Positions 37,893-49,025 are shown, counted from the first letter of the stretch. The stretch is 64,000 bases of DNA from Candidatus Krumholzibacteriota bacterium (GCA_963764625.1 CAVXTH010000006.1:128001-192000); one strand, 5' to 3'. Notes: a model not told the origin generated them from the letters alone. Numbers and translations: made by a program.

Positions 37893-39080
37893 ATGTCGAC
37901 CAAAGCCGTGATTCTCTCGGGCGCACGTACCCCGGTGGGAAAGTTCCAGGGGGGTCTTGCCCCGATCAAAGCTACCGAGCTTGGAGCCATCGCCGTGAAA
38001 GAGGCGGTAAGACGCGCAAAAGTCCCTGCCGAAAAGGTGAACGAGGTCGTGATGGGTTGTGTACTGCCGGCCGGCCTCGGTCAGAATCCGGCGCGACAGG
38101 CCTCCATCTACAGCGGATTGCCCAATACCATCAGCGCCATGACCATCAACAAAGTTTGCGGAAGTGGGTTGAGAGCGGTGGCCCTCGCGGCGCAATTCAT
38201 CAAGGCCCAAGACGCATCATTGGTGGTAGCGGGGGGCATGGAGAGCATGAGCAATACGCCGTACTCTCTGCCCGGCGCGCGCACCGGCTACCGCCTCGGC
38301 CATGGCCAGCTCATCGATCTCATGGTTCACGACGGACTGTGGGACGTCTACAACGACTTCCACATGGGAATGACTGCGGAGCTGGTGGCCGAGAAATACA
38401 AGATCAGCCGTGAAGAGCAAGATCAGTACGCCTATTCCAGCCACCAAAAGGCGATCGCTGCCATGGACGCGGGTCGCTTCAAGAAGGAAATCGTTCCGGT
38501 GGAAGTGAAAACGCGTAAGGGAACCATCGTGGTCGACACGGACGAAGGTCCCCGGCGCGAAACCACCCTGGAGGCTCTGGCCAAGCTCCGTCCCGCGTTC
38601 AAGCGTGACGGGGGGACCGTCACGGCCGGCAACGCGCCCAGCGTGAACGACGGTGCGGCGGCGGTAGTGGTGGCCAGCGAGGACTTCGCCAAGGAGATGG
38701 GTGCCGGGGAATGGTTCGAGATCGAGGCGTATGCCACCGGAGCTCTCGAGCCCGAATGGGTCATGATGGCGCCGGTGAAGGCAGTGCGAAATCTACTCGC
38801 CAAGACCAAGAGCGGGATCAGCGATTTCCCCCTCATCGAACTGAACGAAGCTTTTTCCGTGCAGGCGCTCGCCGTCATGCGCGAACTCGAAATGGATCCG
38901 GCCCGAGTGAACGTTAATGGCGGCGCGGTGGCTTTGGGCCATCCGATCGGCGCCAGTGGAACGCGGATTCTCGTCACCCTCATGCACGCGATGATCGACC
39001 AGGATGTCGAAAGAGGTCTGGCCGCTCTCTGCCTCGGTGGAGGCGATGCGGTGGCTCTCAGCGTGCGACGCGTCGCCTGA
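37893..39080 (+). CDS. acetyl-CoA C-acetyltransferase (thiolase)
   Basis: [33 protein letters not shown] and CLGGG motifs. Confidence 0.96.
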   Translation: MSTKAVILSGARTPVGKFQGGLAPIKATELGAIAVKEAVRRAKVPAEKVNEVVMGCVLPAGLGQNPARQASIYSGLPNTISAMTINKVCGSGLRAVALAAQFIKAQDASLVVAGGMESMSNTPYSLPGARTGYRLGHGQLIDLMVHDGLWDVYNDFHMGMTAELVAEKYKISREEQDQYAYSSHQKAIAAMDAGRFKKEIVPVEVKTRKGTIVVDTDEGPRRETTLEALAKLRPAFKRDGGTVTAGNAPSVNDGAAAVVVASEDFAKEMGAGEWFEIEAYATGALEPEWVMMAPVKAVRNLLAKTKSGISDFPLIELNEAFSVQALAVMRELEMDPARVNVNGGAVALGHPIGASGTRILVTLMHAMIDQDVERGLAALCLGGGDAVALSVRRVA

Positions 39081-39095
39081 GAAGGAGTGAATGTC

Positions 39096-39950
39096 ATGAT
39101 CAGCCGGAAGATCGCCGTCATCGGCGGCGGAACCATGGGAAACGGGATTGCCCACGTCTTCGCGCAGAACGGCCACGAGACGGTTCTGGTGGACGTCGAC
39201 GACGCGGCGCTCGCCCGCGCGCGCAAGACGATCGAATCGAACCTCGCCCGCCAGGTCAAGAAAGAGAAGATCACCCAGGACACCGCCGACGCCTCGCTCT
39301 CGCGCCTCGATTTCACTGCTGACCTAAGTAGGGTCAAGGGGTGCGCTCTGGTGGTGGAGGCCGTATTCGAGCGCAAGGACGTGAAGCTGGGCATCTACGA
39401 GAAGGTCGTTCCTCTTCTGGGGGCCCAGACCATTCTCGCCAGCAACACTTCGTCGATTTCCATCACGGAACTGGGTGCGGCCACTAAAATGGCCGATCGC
39501 TTCATCGGGATGCACTTCTTCAACCCCGTCCCCATGATGAAGCTCGTGGAGGTCATAAGGGGGTATCACACTTCGGACGAGACCACCAAAAAAGTGGTGG
39601 AGATCGCGCGCGATTTGGGGAAAACCCCCGTCGAAGTGAACGACTACCCGGGCTTCGTGAGCAATCGCGTGCTCATGCCCATGATCAACGAGGCCATCTA
39701 CTGCCTCATGGAAGGGGTGGCCACGGCGGAAGGCATCGATGAGGTCATGAAGCTGGGAATGGCCCACCCCATGGGACCTCTGACCTTGGCGGATTTCATC
39801 GGATTGGATGTTTGCCTCGACATCATGAACGTACTCTTCAGCGAGCTCGGAGATCCAAAGTACCGCCCGTGCCCCTTGCTCAAGAAGATGGTCGCCGCGA
39901 ACGACCTGGGACGGAAGAGTGGACGCGGCTTCTACGCTTACGGCAACTGA
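39096..39950 (+). CDS. hbd: 3-hydroxybutyryl-CoA dehydrogenase
   Basis: [36 protein letters not shown] and GRKSGRGFY motifs. Confidence 0.93.
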   Translation: MISRKIAVIGGGTMGNGIAHVFAQNGHETVLVDVDDAALARARKTIESNLARQVKKEKITQDTADASLSRLDFTADLSRVKGCALVVEAVFERKDVKLGIYEKVVPLLGAQTILASNTSSISITELGAATKMADRFIGMHFFNPVPMMKLVEVIRGYHTSDETTKKVVEIARDLGKTPVEVNDYPGFVSNRVLMPMINEAIYCLMEGVATAEGIDEVMKLGMAHPMGPLTLADFIGLDVCLDIMNVLFSELGDPKYRPCPLLKKMVAANDLGRKSGRGFYAYGN

Positions 39951-39964
39951 AAGGAAACTTGATC

Positions 39965-41104
39965 GTGAAATTCGAGCTGACCAGTGAGCAGGAGCTCATC
40001 CGCAAGACAGCGCGGGAATTCACCGAGAACGAAATCGTCCCCCATGCGGCGGAATGGGATGAACAGAGCCGGTACCCGAAGGAAGTCGTGGTCAAGATGG
40101 CCGAGCTGGGCTTCATGGGCATGTTCGTGCCCGAAAAGTGGGGCGGGGCCGGTCTCGATCACCTCAGTTACTGTCTAGCGGTGGAAGAAATCTCCCGCGG
40201 CGACGCTTCCTGCGGCGTCATCATGTCCGTGAACAACAGCCTCAGCTGCTGGCCGCTCATGCGATACGGAACCGATGAGCAGAAGAAGCGCTGGCTGAAG
40301 CCCATGGCGCAGGGCGAGACTCTGGGTGCGTATTGCCTGTCCGAACCCGAGGCGGGAACCGACGCGGCGGCGCAGAGTACAGTGGCCGAGGCCGATGGCG
40401 ATGGCTTCATTCTGCGCGGCACCAAGAACTTCATCACCAACGGGGCCAGCGCCAACACGCTCATCGTCTTCGCGATGACTGACAAGTCGGTGGGACACAA
40501 GGGAATCAGCGCCTTCGTGGTGGATTCGAATTCAAAAGGCGTGCAGGTGACGCATACCGAACACAAGATGGGCATCCGCGCCAGCGAGACCGCCCAGCTC
40601 GCGTTCGACGACGTGAAGCTCGGTCCCGAGAACCTGCTGGGAAAGACGGGCGAGGGATTCAAGATCGCCATGAATACGCTCGACGGAGGGCGCATCGGGA
40701 TCGCCGCCCAGGCCGTCGGAATCGCGCAGGCCGCTCTGGAGCACGCCATCAACTATTCGAAGGAACGCGAACAGTTCGGACGCACTCTGTCCAAATTCCA
40801 GGCGATCCAGTTCAAGCTTGCCGACATGGCGATGAGAATCGACGCCTCGCGATTGCTCACCTTCCGCGCGGCCTTCGTGAAAGATCAGGGCCAGGCGCAT
40901 CCTTCCGAAAGCGCGATGGCCAAGCTCATGGCCTCCAATACGGCGGTCTTCTGCGCCGAGGAGGCGGTACAGATCTTCGGCGGCAACGGCTACTCCAAGG
41001 AATACCCGGTGGAGAAGCTCATGCGCGACGCCAAGATCTGTGACATCTACGAGGGTACCAGCGAAGTGCAACGAATGGTCATCGCAGCCAAGTTGCTGGC
41101 CTGA
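39965..41104 (+). CDS. acyl-CoA dehydrogenase (butyryl-CoA type)
   Basis: LSEPEAGTDA, GTKNFITN, KMGIRAS, LDGGRIGIAAQ and IYEGTSEVQR motifs. Confidence 0.95.
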   Translation: MKFELTSEQELIRKTAREFTENEIVPHAAEWDEQSRYPKEVVVKMAELGFMGMFVPEKWGGAGLDHLSYCLAVEEISRGDASCGVIMSVNNSLSCWPLMRYGTDEQKKRWLKPMAQGETLGAYCLSEPEAGTDAAAQSTVAEADGDGFILRGTKNFITNGASANTLIVFAMTDKSVGHKGISAFVVDSNSKGVQVTHTEHKMGIRASETAQLAFDDVKLGPENLLGKTGEGFKIAMNTLDGGRIGIAAQAVGIAQAALEHAINYSKEREQFGRTLSKFQAIQFKLADMAMRIDASRLLTFRAAFVKDQGQAHPSESAMAKLMASNTAVFCAEEAVQIFGGNGYSKEYPVEKLMRDAKICDIYEGTSEVQRMVIAAKLLA

Positions 41105-41168
41105 TTTCGTGTACGGACTTCACCGGCGCACCAGGTAGTTGCCGGACGTCCGGACGCAGGAGACGGGA

Positions 41169-42314
41169 ATGGATTTTTCTCTCAACGAGCAACAGGAACT
41201 CTTCGTCAAGGGAACAGCCGATTTCGCCCGCGGAGAGATCGAACCGCTTTGCCGGCAGATGGATGAAGAGGGGATCATCGACCCCGGTTTGCTCTCAAAG
41301 CTCAAGGAGCAGGGCTATTTCGGTCTGAGCTTTCCTGAGGAATTCGGGGGAGTGGGCCTGGACACTCTCACCTACGGATTGGTGATCGCCGAGCTCGCCA
41401 AAGTCGACGCGGGAATCGCCATCATGGTCGGGGTCCACAACAGCGTGGGCAGTTACCCGGTGATGCACTTCGGCAGCCTCGAACTGAAGCAGAGGGTTCT
41501 TCCCGCGATGGCACTGGGTAACCTGGGGTCATTTTGCGTGACCGAACCCGGGGCCGGGAGCGACGCGGCCAGTCTCAGCTGCCGCGCCGAACGTAGCGCG
41601 AGCGGCTATCGTCTGAGTGGAGAGAAGATCTGGGTGACCAACGGCTACCACGCCCGCTTCTTCGTGGTTCTCGCCCGGCTCGACGGCATTCCAGGACACG
41701 AGGGCATCTCCGCTTTTCTCGTCGAACGGGACGCCAAGGGGCTCTCCATCGGCGCCAAGGAAAAGAAGATGGGCTTGCGCAGCTCGGACGCGGTGTCGGT
41801 GATTCTGGATGGGGTGGAAGTGAGCCGGGAAAACCTGATCGGCCGCGAGGGGCAGGGATTCGAGATCGCCATGGTGAGTCTCGACGGCGGCCGTATTGGA
41901 GTCGCCTACCAGTCCATCGGCCTAGCCACCGCCGCTCTGGAGGCCGCCCGTGACTATGCCAGCGAGCGCGAGCAGTTCGGGAGGCCGATCGCGCAGTTCC
42001 AGGCCATTCAGTGGATGCTGGCGGACATGGGCACCGAGCTCGAACAGTCCAGCCTACTGGCGCACAAGGCCGCGACCCTTCGCGATGAGGGAAAGCCCTT
42101 CACCCGGATCGCGGCCATGGCGAAGTACTCGGCCAGTGAGATGGTGAATCGGGTGGTGGATCGGGCCCTTCAGATCCACGGAGGCTACGGCTACTCCAAG
42201 GACTATCCAGTGGAGAGGTACTATCGCGATGCCCGCGTATTGCGCATCTACGAGGGCACGAGCGAAGTCCAGAAGATCGTGATCGCCCGCAAACTGCTCA
42301 GCGGCTCCGACTGA
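41169..42314 (+). CDS. acyl-CoA dehydrogenase
   Basis: [37 protein letters not shown] and IYEGTSEVQ motifs. Confidence 0.95.
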   Translation: MDFSLNEQQELFVKGTADFARGEIEPLCRQMDEEGIIDPGLLSKLKEQGYFGLSFPEEFGGVGLDTLTYGLVIAELAKVDAGIAIMVGVHNSVGSYPVMHFGSLELKQRVLPAMALGNLGSFCVTEPGAGSDAASLSCRAERSASGYRLSGEKIWVTNGYHARFFVVLARLDGIPGHEGISAFLVERDAKGLSIGAKEKKMGLRSSDAVSVILDGVEVSRENLIGREGQGFEIAMVSLDGGRIGVAYQSIGLATAALEAARDYASEREQFGRPIAQFQAIQWMLADMGTELEQSSLLAHKAATLRDEGKPFTRIAAMAKYSASEMVNRVVDRALQIHGGYGYSKDYPVERYYRDARVLRIYEGTSEVQKIVIARKLLSGSD

Positions 42315-42383
42315 GGGCGCGGCTCGGGCGGGCCGACCCCACCTCGATTAGGTTGTTCTCACCCCCTCATTCCGGAGATTGGC

Positions 42384-43352
42384 GTGTCCTCTGCGGTCCA
42401 TGAATTCCAAGTTCTTTTGGCGGCTCCTCGTGGTTTCTGCGCCGGGGTTGAGCGGGCGATCGAGATCGTCGATCTCGCGCTGGAGCTCATGGAAGGTCCG
42501 ATCTACGTACGCAAGGAAATCGTGCACAATCGACACGTCGTGCAGCGCTTCGTGAGGCAGGGTGTCATTTTCGTGGAGGAACTTGACGAAGTTCCCGAAG
42601 GAAGCACCTGTGTCTTCAGCGCGCACGGCGTCTCTCCCCGGGTATGGGAGAAGAGTCTTCAGAGGGGCCTCAAGATCATCGACGCCACCTGTCCTCTGGT
42701 GACCAAGGTGCACATGGAGGTTCTCAGGCAGGTCAAGGCGGGAGACACCGTCATCCTCATCGGCCACGAGGGGCACGACGAAGTCCTGGGCACCATGGGG
42801 CAGGCTCCCGGCAGAGTCGAGTTGGTGCAGAGCGTCGAAGATGTCGAGCGTATGCGGGTGGAGAATCCCTCCCGTCTGGCCTACGTGACCCAGACCACGC
42901 TTTCGGTCGATGAAACCCTGGGTATCATCGAGGCCCTCAGAAAGAGATTTCCTCTCATCCAGGGCCCCAAGAAGAACGACATCTGCTATGCCACGCAAAA
43001 TCGCCAGGAGGCGGTCAAGGACCTGCTGGGGGTGGAACATATCGAGCTCTTGCTCGTGGTGGGAAGTAGCAACTCCTCCAATAGCCGCCGATTGGTCGAG
43101 GTGGCGCGGAGCGCGCAGGTCGCGGGACACCTCATCGACGATGCTTCGGAGATTCAGAGCTCATGGTTGACTGGAATCAAGAGAGTGGGCGTCACCGCCG
43201 GTGCGAGCGCACCGGAGGATTTGGTGGAAGAGGTGCTGCAGCGCTTGCGATCGCTGGGCGGCACGGTGCACGAGAAAGAAGTTATTGCCGAAACGGTCAC
43301 CTTTCCCATACCACCTGAATTGGTGCGCCCTGGCGTCGAAGACAGTCGTTGA
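42384..43352 (+). CDS. ispH: 4-hydroxy-3-methylbut-2-enyl diphosphate reductase
   Basis: PRGFCAGVERA, SAHG, DATCPLV, QTTLS, DICYATQNRQ and SSNS motifs. Confidence 0.97.
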   Translation: MSSAVHEFQVLLAAPRGFCAGVERAIEIVDLALELMEGPIYVRKEIVHNRHVVQRFVRQGVIFVEELDEVPEGSTCVFSAHGVSPRVWEKSLQRGLKIIDATCPLVTKVHMEVLRQVKAGDTVILIGHEGHDEVLGTMGQAPGRVELVQSVEDVERMRVENPSRLAYVTQTTLSVDETLGIIEALRKRFPLIQGPKKNDICYATQNRQEAVKDLLGVEHIELLLVVGSSNSSNSRRLVEVARSAQVAGHLIDDASEIQSSWLTGIKRVGVTAGASAPEDLVEEVLQRLRSLGGTVHEKEVIAETVTFPIPPELVRPGVEDSR

Positions 43353-43631
43353 TCCCATACTCTCCAATTTGCCGGCAAAAATTTTCCTCCGCGGACAAAT
43401 TTCTCCATCGAAGCTGGAACCACCCCGGCTTGATGGCGTATAGAATCCCTCGTGGAAGGCACTCTCGCCAGCGCTGTGCTCGGTGGACGCTTCGCGGATC
43501 ATCTCCTATACTGCCCGATCGGACAAAGGAGAGGCTGCGTTCTTGCGAGACCGTGGACCTTCCCAACGCCGCACATACGCGACACGACATTCAATTCAGC
43601 ACTGGTGTGATCATCCGGAGGTACCTGTACG

Positions 43632-44597
43632 ATGATCCAGGTCAGAGACGTGACAAAGGTCTATGGCCCGACCAAGGCTCTGGACAAAGTCTCATTCGAA
43701 GTGGGAAAGAGACAGATTCTGGGCTTTCTCGGGCCCAATGGCGCCGGCAAGAGCACGGCCATGAAGATCATCACGAGCTACATCGCACCCACCGAAGGCA
43801 TGGTCACGGTGGGGGGCATCGATGTCGCCAAAGATCCCATCTCCGTCCGGCGACTGATCGGTTATCTCCCGGAGACGACCCCGCTCTACGAAGGCATGCA
43901 AGTCGACCAGTATCTGCGCTTCTGCGCCAAGGCACGCGGCCTGGCGGGGGCGCGTCTGAGTTCGCGGATCGACTGGGTGGTGCAGCAATGCGGGCTGGAA
44001 CAGATGTACAAGAAGGACATCAATCAGCTCTCCAAGGGCTTCAAGCAGCGCACGGGACTGGCCCAAGCCCTCATTCACGACCCGGAAATCCTGATTCTTG
44101 ACGAACCCACCACCGGCCTCGATCCGCTGCAGATCATTCAGATTCGCAAGCTCATCCAGGAACTGGCCCACGAGAAGACGGTGATCTTCTCCACCCACAT
44201 TCTGCAGGAAGTTTCCTCGACCACCGATCGGGTCATCATCATCAACAACGGCCGCATCATCGCTGACGGGTATCTCAACGACTTGCAGTCGGACGCGCAG
44301 GGGGGGGCGCAGCTCCGCGTCGCCCTGATCGCGGCACGAGAGGACGTGGAGAGGAGCCTCACCGCGCTCGACTCGGTGTCTTCAGTCAATATCGTTTCCG
44401 ATTCGGATGGAGTGGTGACCACTCGCTTGAGGGGTACCGATGGAGTGGATCTTCGCCGTGAGGTCGGGCGGCTGGCCGCGGCGAAGAGCTGGGCCGTTAT
44501 GGAAATGGGTGTCCCGGAGGTCAGTCTGGAGGATGCCTTCATCGAGTATATACGGCGCAGTAACGAGCAGCACCGCAAGGAGGCGCAACATGTCTAA
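43632..44597 (+). CDS. ABC transporter ATP-binding protein (GldA-like)
   Basis: GPNGAGKST, LSKGFKQR, LILDEPTTGLDP and STHIL motifs. Confidence 0.93.
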   Translation: MIQVRDVTKVYGPTKALDKVSFEVGKRQILGFLGPNGAGKSTAMKIITSYIAPTEGMVTVGGIDVAKDPISVRRLIGYLPETTPLYEGMQVDQYLRFCAKARGLAGARLSSRIDWVVQQCGLEQMYKKDINQLSKGFKQRTGLAQALIHDPEILILDEPTTGLDPLQIIQIRKLIQELAHEKTVIFSTHILQEVSSTTDRVIIINNGRIIADGYLNDLQSDAQGGAQLRVALIAAREDVERSLTALDSVSSVNIVSDSDGVVTTRLRGTDGVDLRREVGRLAAAKSWAVMEMGVPEVSLEDAFIEYIRRSNEQHRKEAQHV

Positions 44598-45315
44598 CAC
44601 CGGCGTGATCTTCCGCCGAGAGTTCCGAGGGTATTTCGACTCGCCCATCGCGTACATCTTCGTCATCGTCTACTTGCTGCTGAACGCGGGCTTCTTCATG
44701 AGCGGATTCTTCCTCTCCGGTGAAGCGAGCTTGCGAGCGTTCTTCGAGAATCTGCCGCTCTTCAACATCTTCTTCCTGCCCGCGATCACGATGGGCCTGT
44801 GGGCGAACGAACAGCAGGGTGGCACCTTCGAATTGCTGATGACCCTCCCGATGAAGTCGTGGCAGGTGGTGACCGGGAAATACCTGGCGGCCCTGGCCTT
44901 CTACACGATCGCGCTTGCGTGCACCTTCACGCTTCCTCTGATGGTGACGAGCTTGGGGAACGCCGATTCGGGCGCGATCTTCACCGGCTACGTGGGAGCG
45001 CTCCTGCTAGGAGCCTTCTATTTGGCACTGGGGATCTTCATCAGCGGTCTGTTCAAGGAGCAGATCGCTGCCTTCATCGTCACCTGCCTGGTCTGTCTCT
45101 TTTTCCTCCTCTTGGGCAACGACTTCGTGGTGGCGGGAATCGACGGCTGGATCGCCGGATTCGGGAGCTTCCTGAGGGATCACGTGGCGTTCTCGGTGCA
45201 CTGGAATTCGCTCCAACGCGGCGTCATCGACTTCAGTTCGATTCTCTACTTCATCACCATGCCGGCGCTCTTCTTGGGACTGAATGCCATCTCTCTCGAG
45301 AGGAGGCGGTACTGA
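44590..45315 (+). CDS. ABC-2 permease (GldF-like)
   Basis: REFRGYFDSPIAY, GTFELLMTLP and GKYLA motifs; about 6 TM segments. Confidence 0.9.
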   Translation: MSNTGVIFRREFRGYFDSPIAYIFVIVYLLLNAGFFMSGFFLSGEASLRAFFENLPLFNIFFLPAITMGLWANEQQGGTFELLMTLPMKSWQVVTGKYLAALAFYTIALACTFTLPLMVTSLGNADSGAIFTGYVGALLLGAFYLALGIFISGLFKEQIAAFIVTCLVCLFFLLLGNDFVVAGIDGWIAGFGSFLRDHVAFSVHWNSLQRGVIDFSSILYFITMPALFLGLNAISLERRRY

Positions 45316-47039
45316 TGACGACTCGCAAGACCAGTTTCACCCTCACCTTCACCATCGCGGCCGTCGTACTCTTTGCCATCGTCGTCTTCTTCAATGCGAT
45401 CGTGGGAAGCCAGAGCAAGGCGCGAATCGACTTCACGCAGGACAAGATCTACACCATGAGTCCGGCGGCGAAGCGCATCATGGCCCAACTCAAGGTGCCG
45501 GTGCACGTGAAGCTCTACATCACACAGGCCTCCGACATGCCGACGGGCCTCAAGAGTCTCGAGCGCAACATCACCGATAAACTCGAGGAGTACAAGGCGG
45601 CCTCGGGAGGAAAGTTGACCTACACGGTCTCCGATCCCTCTCAGGACGAGGACCTGGCGCAAAAGATCCAGGCCAAGGGAATCAGACCGTTTCAGGTGCA
45701 AAGCATCGAAAAAGACGAGATCGGCCTGAAGCTGGTGTATTCGGCGCTCGAGATGAGCTACAAGGACAAGGACCCTGAGATCATTCCCCAGGTCGCTCCA
45801 AAGACACTCGACACTCTCGAGTACGAGATCTGTCGCCGCATCATCAAACTGACCCGCGACAAGCCGCCGGTCCTGGCCATCTACTCATCCAAGGAGAGTT
45901 TGGACCCGCAGATGGTGCAGCTCTACATGCAGATGGGACAGCAGCCGCCGGCGCCGCGGGATCTCTACTCGCAGATGCCCCAGATCTTCCAGGGTCAGGG
46001 CTACGACGCGCGCAGAGTCGAGATCACGCAGGAATCGCCCATTCCCGACGACGCGGCCACTCTTTTGATTCTCTCTCCGAAGAACCTCACCGACCGGCAG
46101 CGCTACGAGATCGCGAAGTTTCTGCACCGGGGCGGGCAGGTGTTCCTCGCGGTGCAGAACCACGAGTACGACTATAATCCGGGTCAAAGGGGCGGATTCG
46201 ACGTTTCGGCGCGACCGATCACCACTGGAATCGAGCCGCTGCTCGAGGACTACGGAGTTCGTGTCTCCAAGGGCGTTTTCATGGACGAGAACCTCGAGAC
46301 CCTCTCGATTCCGCGGATGCAGAACTTCGGCGGCATGCGGGTTCAGGTCGCCGAACCCGTCCAGGCTCCGATTCAGATCAAGGTGACGGGAGATCAGTTC
46401 AACCAGAACCTGTCGGTCTCCAGCCGTCTGGGAAAGCTCCTCTATCTGTGGGGAGGCCGGTTGGTGCTGGACGATTCGAAACTGAATTCGGTGAAGCTGT
46501 CGCACGACGTCCTCTTCACCTCATCGAACAAGTCGTGGGAGGTGGACAACGACGGGGGTCCCCTCACCCAGCGAGACTTCACTTTCGATCAGGCGACTGC
46601 GCACTCGCGCGCTCCCCTGGCGGTGATGCTGCACGGAGAATTCCCCAACCCTTACGAAGGGCAAGCGATTCCCACCTGGGGCCCCAGCGATTCGACGACC
46701 ACCGGCAAGGCGGTGAGCGAGAAAGCAGGGGAGGGCACGCTGATTCTCGTAGGCTGTGGAAAGATGTTCGAGGACAGCTATCTGCAGGCGGGCGGCTACA
46801 ACAATGCACTGCTCATCCTCAATGGAATCGACGTCTTGACTCTGGGCGAGGACCTCATTCAGGTGAGGGCGAAGACCACTGAGCAGAGGGCGATCCACGA
46901 AGTCTCGCAACAGGGAAAGCTCTTCTGGAGGACTCTCACCACCGTTCTCGTCCCGCTGCTCGTCGCGCTCTACGGAATCGCTCGCACGATACGCCGTCGT
47001 CGCACGCAGGCGGCCTGGCTCCACATGCACACGAGTTGA
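45315..47039 (+). CDS. GldG-like ABC transporter auxiliary protein
   Basis: N-terminal TM, RIDFTQDKIYTMS, large extracytoplasmic domain, C-terminal TM and RRRR tail. Confidence 0.85.
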   Translation: MTTRKTSFTLTFTIAAVVLFAIVVFFNAIVGSQSKARIDFTQDKIYTMSPAAKRIMAQLKVPVHVKLYITQASDMPTGLKSLERNITDKLEEYKAASGGKLTYTVSDPSQDEDLAQKIQAKGIRPFQVQSIEKDEIGLKLVYSALEMSYKDKDPEIIPQVAPKTLDTLEYEICRRIIKLTRDKPPVLAIYSSKESLDPQMVQLYMQMGQQPPAPRDLYSQMPQIFQGQGYDARRVEITQESPIPDDAATLLILSPKNLTDRQRYEIAKFLHRGGQVFLAVQNHEYDYNPGQRGGFDVSARPITTGIEPLLEDYGVRVSKGVFMDENLETLSIPRMQNFGGMRVQVAEPVQAPIQIKVTGDQFNQNLSVSSRLGKLLYLWGGRLVLDDSKLNSVKLSHDVLFTSSNKSWEVDNDGGPLTQRDFTFDQATAHSRAPLAVMLHGEFPNPYEGQAIPTWGPSDSTTTGKAVSEKAGEGTLILVGCGKMFEDSYLQAGGYNNALLILNGIDVLTLGEDLIQVRAKTTEQRAIHEVSQQGKLFWRTLTTVLVPLLVALYGIARTIRRRRTQAAWLHMHTS

Positions 47040-47060
47040 GCAAGGAGGGTACGGACTGAC

Positions 47061-48077
47061 ATGAACAACCGGACTCTAGGGGTTCTTCTGGTACTTCTCA
47101 TTCTGTTCGCAGGTGGCTATTGGTACAGCAAGAATCAACGGCGCGACCTGGACCAGACGGGAGGATACGTGGACCTGGTGAAGGGGACCCTGTCCACCGA
47201 TACGGTCTACGGTCTCTCCGTTTATCGCGGCTCGCATCCCGACAAGGGCTTCACCCTCGTGCGTCGCGGCAATGACTGGATCATGAACTCTCACCACGAC
47301 GCCAAGGCCAACCTCAATCGCCTGCGCACGCTTCTGAGCAATCTGGAGAATCTCGACGGGGAGCCACGTTCCAACGATCCCTCCGTACTCGCCGACTACG
47401 ATCTCGACGATTCCAATGCGGTGCATCTGGTGCTCAAGGACGAGAGCGGCGGCGAGATCCTGCATCTGCTTTTGGGAAAGTCCGCCACCGGCGGTGGCTT
47501 CGTCCGGAAGGAGGGCAGCAATCAAGTCCTCTTAGGCAGCCGTAATCTCTTGAGCGACTTCGGAATCTGGGGAGAGGACAATCCGAACCCGGTCGCCACC
47601 ACTTGGCTCGACCTCGACATCTACAAACCAGATCGCGAATCGGTGAGTTCCATTGCCTTCCAGAAGGGAAAGAACCTGATCGCCATGAAAAAGGTTCTTC
47701 AGAAGCCGGCCAAGGTTGACACCACGGCGGTGAAGAAGCCCATCCCTTACGAATGGGAAGTCACCAAACCCAAGCACTTCACCGCTCTCAAGACACGAGC
47801 CGATGGCGTGCTCACCACTCTGACCAACATGCGCGCGCGCGATGTCGCTCCCAAGCCCGATTCGCCCGACGAATACGGATTGGGGAAGGATGCGGACTGG
47901 GCGGAGGTGACCGTGGGCGACAGCACCACCACTCGCTTGCTCTTCGGCAAGGAAGGCCCCGAGGGCCAGTTCTACATGAAAGTGCAAGGGGATGACCGTT
48001 ACTGGTTGGTCTCGGACTACGTGCGCGGAAACGTGTTCAAGCCTCTCAAAGAGTTCGAGCCCAACAACAAGGACTGA
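47061..48077 (+). CDS. DUF4340 domain protein
   Basis: N-terminal anchor and repeated YDL/YGL...LLGK/LFGK modules. Typical fourth gene of Gld-like ABC operons. Confidence 0.8.
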   Translation: MNNRTLGVLLVLLILFAGGYWYSKNQRRDLDQTGGYVDLVKGTLSTDTVYGLSVYRGSHPDKGFTLVRRGNDWIMNSHHDAKANLNRLRTLLSNLENLDGEPRSNDPSVLADYDLDDSNAVHLVLKDESGGEILHLLLGKSATGGGFVRKEGSNQVLLGSRNLLSDFGIWGEDNPNPVATTWLDLDIYKPDRESVSSIAFQKGKNLIAMKKVLQKPAKVDTTAVKKPIPYEWEVTKPKHFTALKTRADGVLTTLTNMRARDVAPKPDSPDEYGLGKDADWAEVTVGDSTTTRLLFGKEGPEGQFYMKVQGDDRYWLVSDYVRGNVFKPLKEFEPNNKD

Positions 48078-48082
48078 GTTCT

Positions 48083-49025
48083 TCAGGCAGGACCCGCCCG
48101 CTCAGGGCGGGCGGTGAGCTGCCACTGTGCGCCGTCCTCATCGTAGAGGACGGCGCCTTCGTCGAGGGTCTTTTCGACCACGGCCAGCGCGATTCTGCCG
48201 CTCTCCATCCGAATGCAGCGCCGTTCGCACCAGCTGACCGCAGGCACGGCGGTCCCGACGCAGCTCTCCTTCGGTGCGCGCGGTAGCCACTCCACTCAGG
48301 ATGGCGGGAGTGCGGCGCACCTTGTCGTAGTTCTTCAGACGGGCCACGACCTCCTGGCCGATGTAGCACCCTTTGTCCCAGGACACGATTTCCCCCAAAC
48401 CCACCTCGAGGGGATGAAACCGCTCGTCCAGGTCGAGACCGGGCCGAAAGCGACCGCGCAGGATTTGCGCGAGCTGAAAGCTCCCCTCCTCCAACGGCAG
48501 CGCTCCCGCGTCGACGAGGCGTTGCGAGAGCTCATCCCCGGCCGGGCACGTGAGGTGCAGCACCGCTTCCCCTTCTTCGCTGAAGATGATTCGTTCTTGC
48601 GTGCGCAGGAACGAGCCGGGGGCCGGCGGCTCGATCTGAAGTGCGCGGGCGAGGACTTCGGCCGAGTCCGCGCCGTGGAGACTCAGAGCGTGGGAGGATT
48701 CGTCTCGGAACAGCTCCACGTCCTCGGTGATGATGAACGACTCGAGCCACTGCTGGAGCAGGGCGCCATGCCCTTCTCCCGCCAGAAGGAAGACCTCGCC
48801 GTCTTTCTTCGCTCCGAGCGCGAGATCGACGATGCGTCCCTTGGCATTGGTGAACAGGGACCAGAAGCTCAGTCCGTCTTCTTGGCGGACGAACTCCGAG
48901 GCGGCGATTCTCTGCAAAAGATCGACGGAATCAGGGCCTCGCAAACGCAGGAGACGCCCTGTCCCGGCCTTCTTGAAGAGGACGGAGCCGGGACGGTCGG
49001 CAGGAGGGGAGACACGGTGGTTCAT
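48083..49025 (-). CDS. ygfZ: YgfZ/GcvT family folate-binding Fe-S cluster factor (apparent frameshift near 48200)
   Basis: Signature KGCYIGQEVVAR. A plausible C-terminus GRIALAVVEK...* lies in the +1 frame and ends at 48083. Confidence 0.85.
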
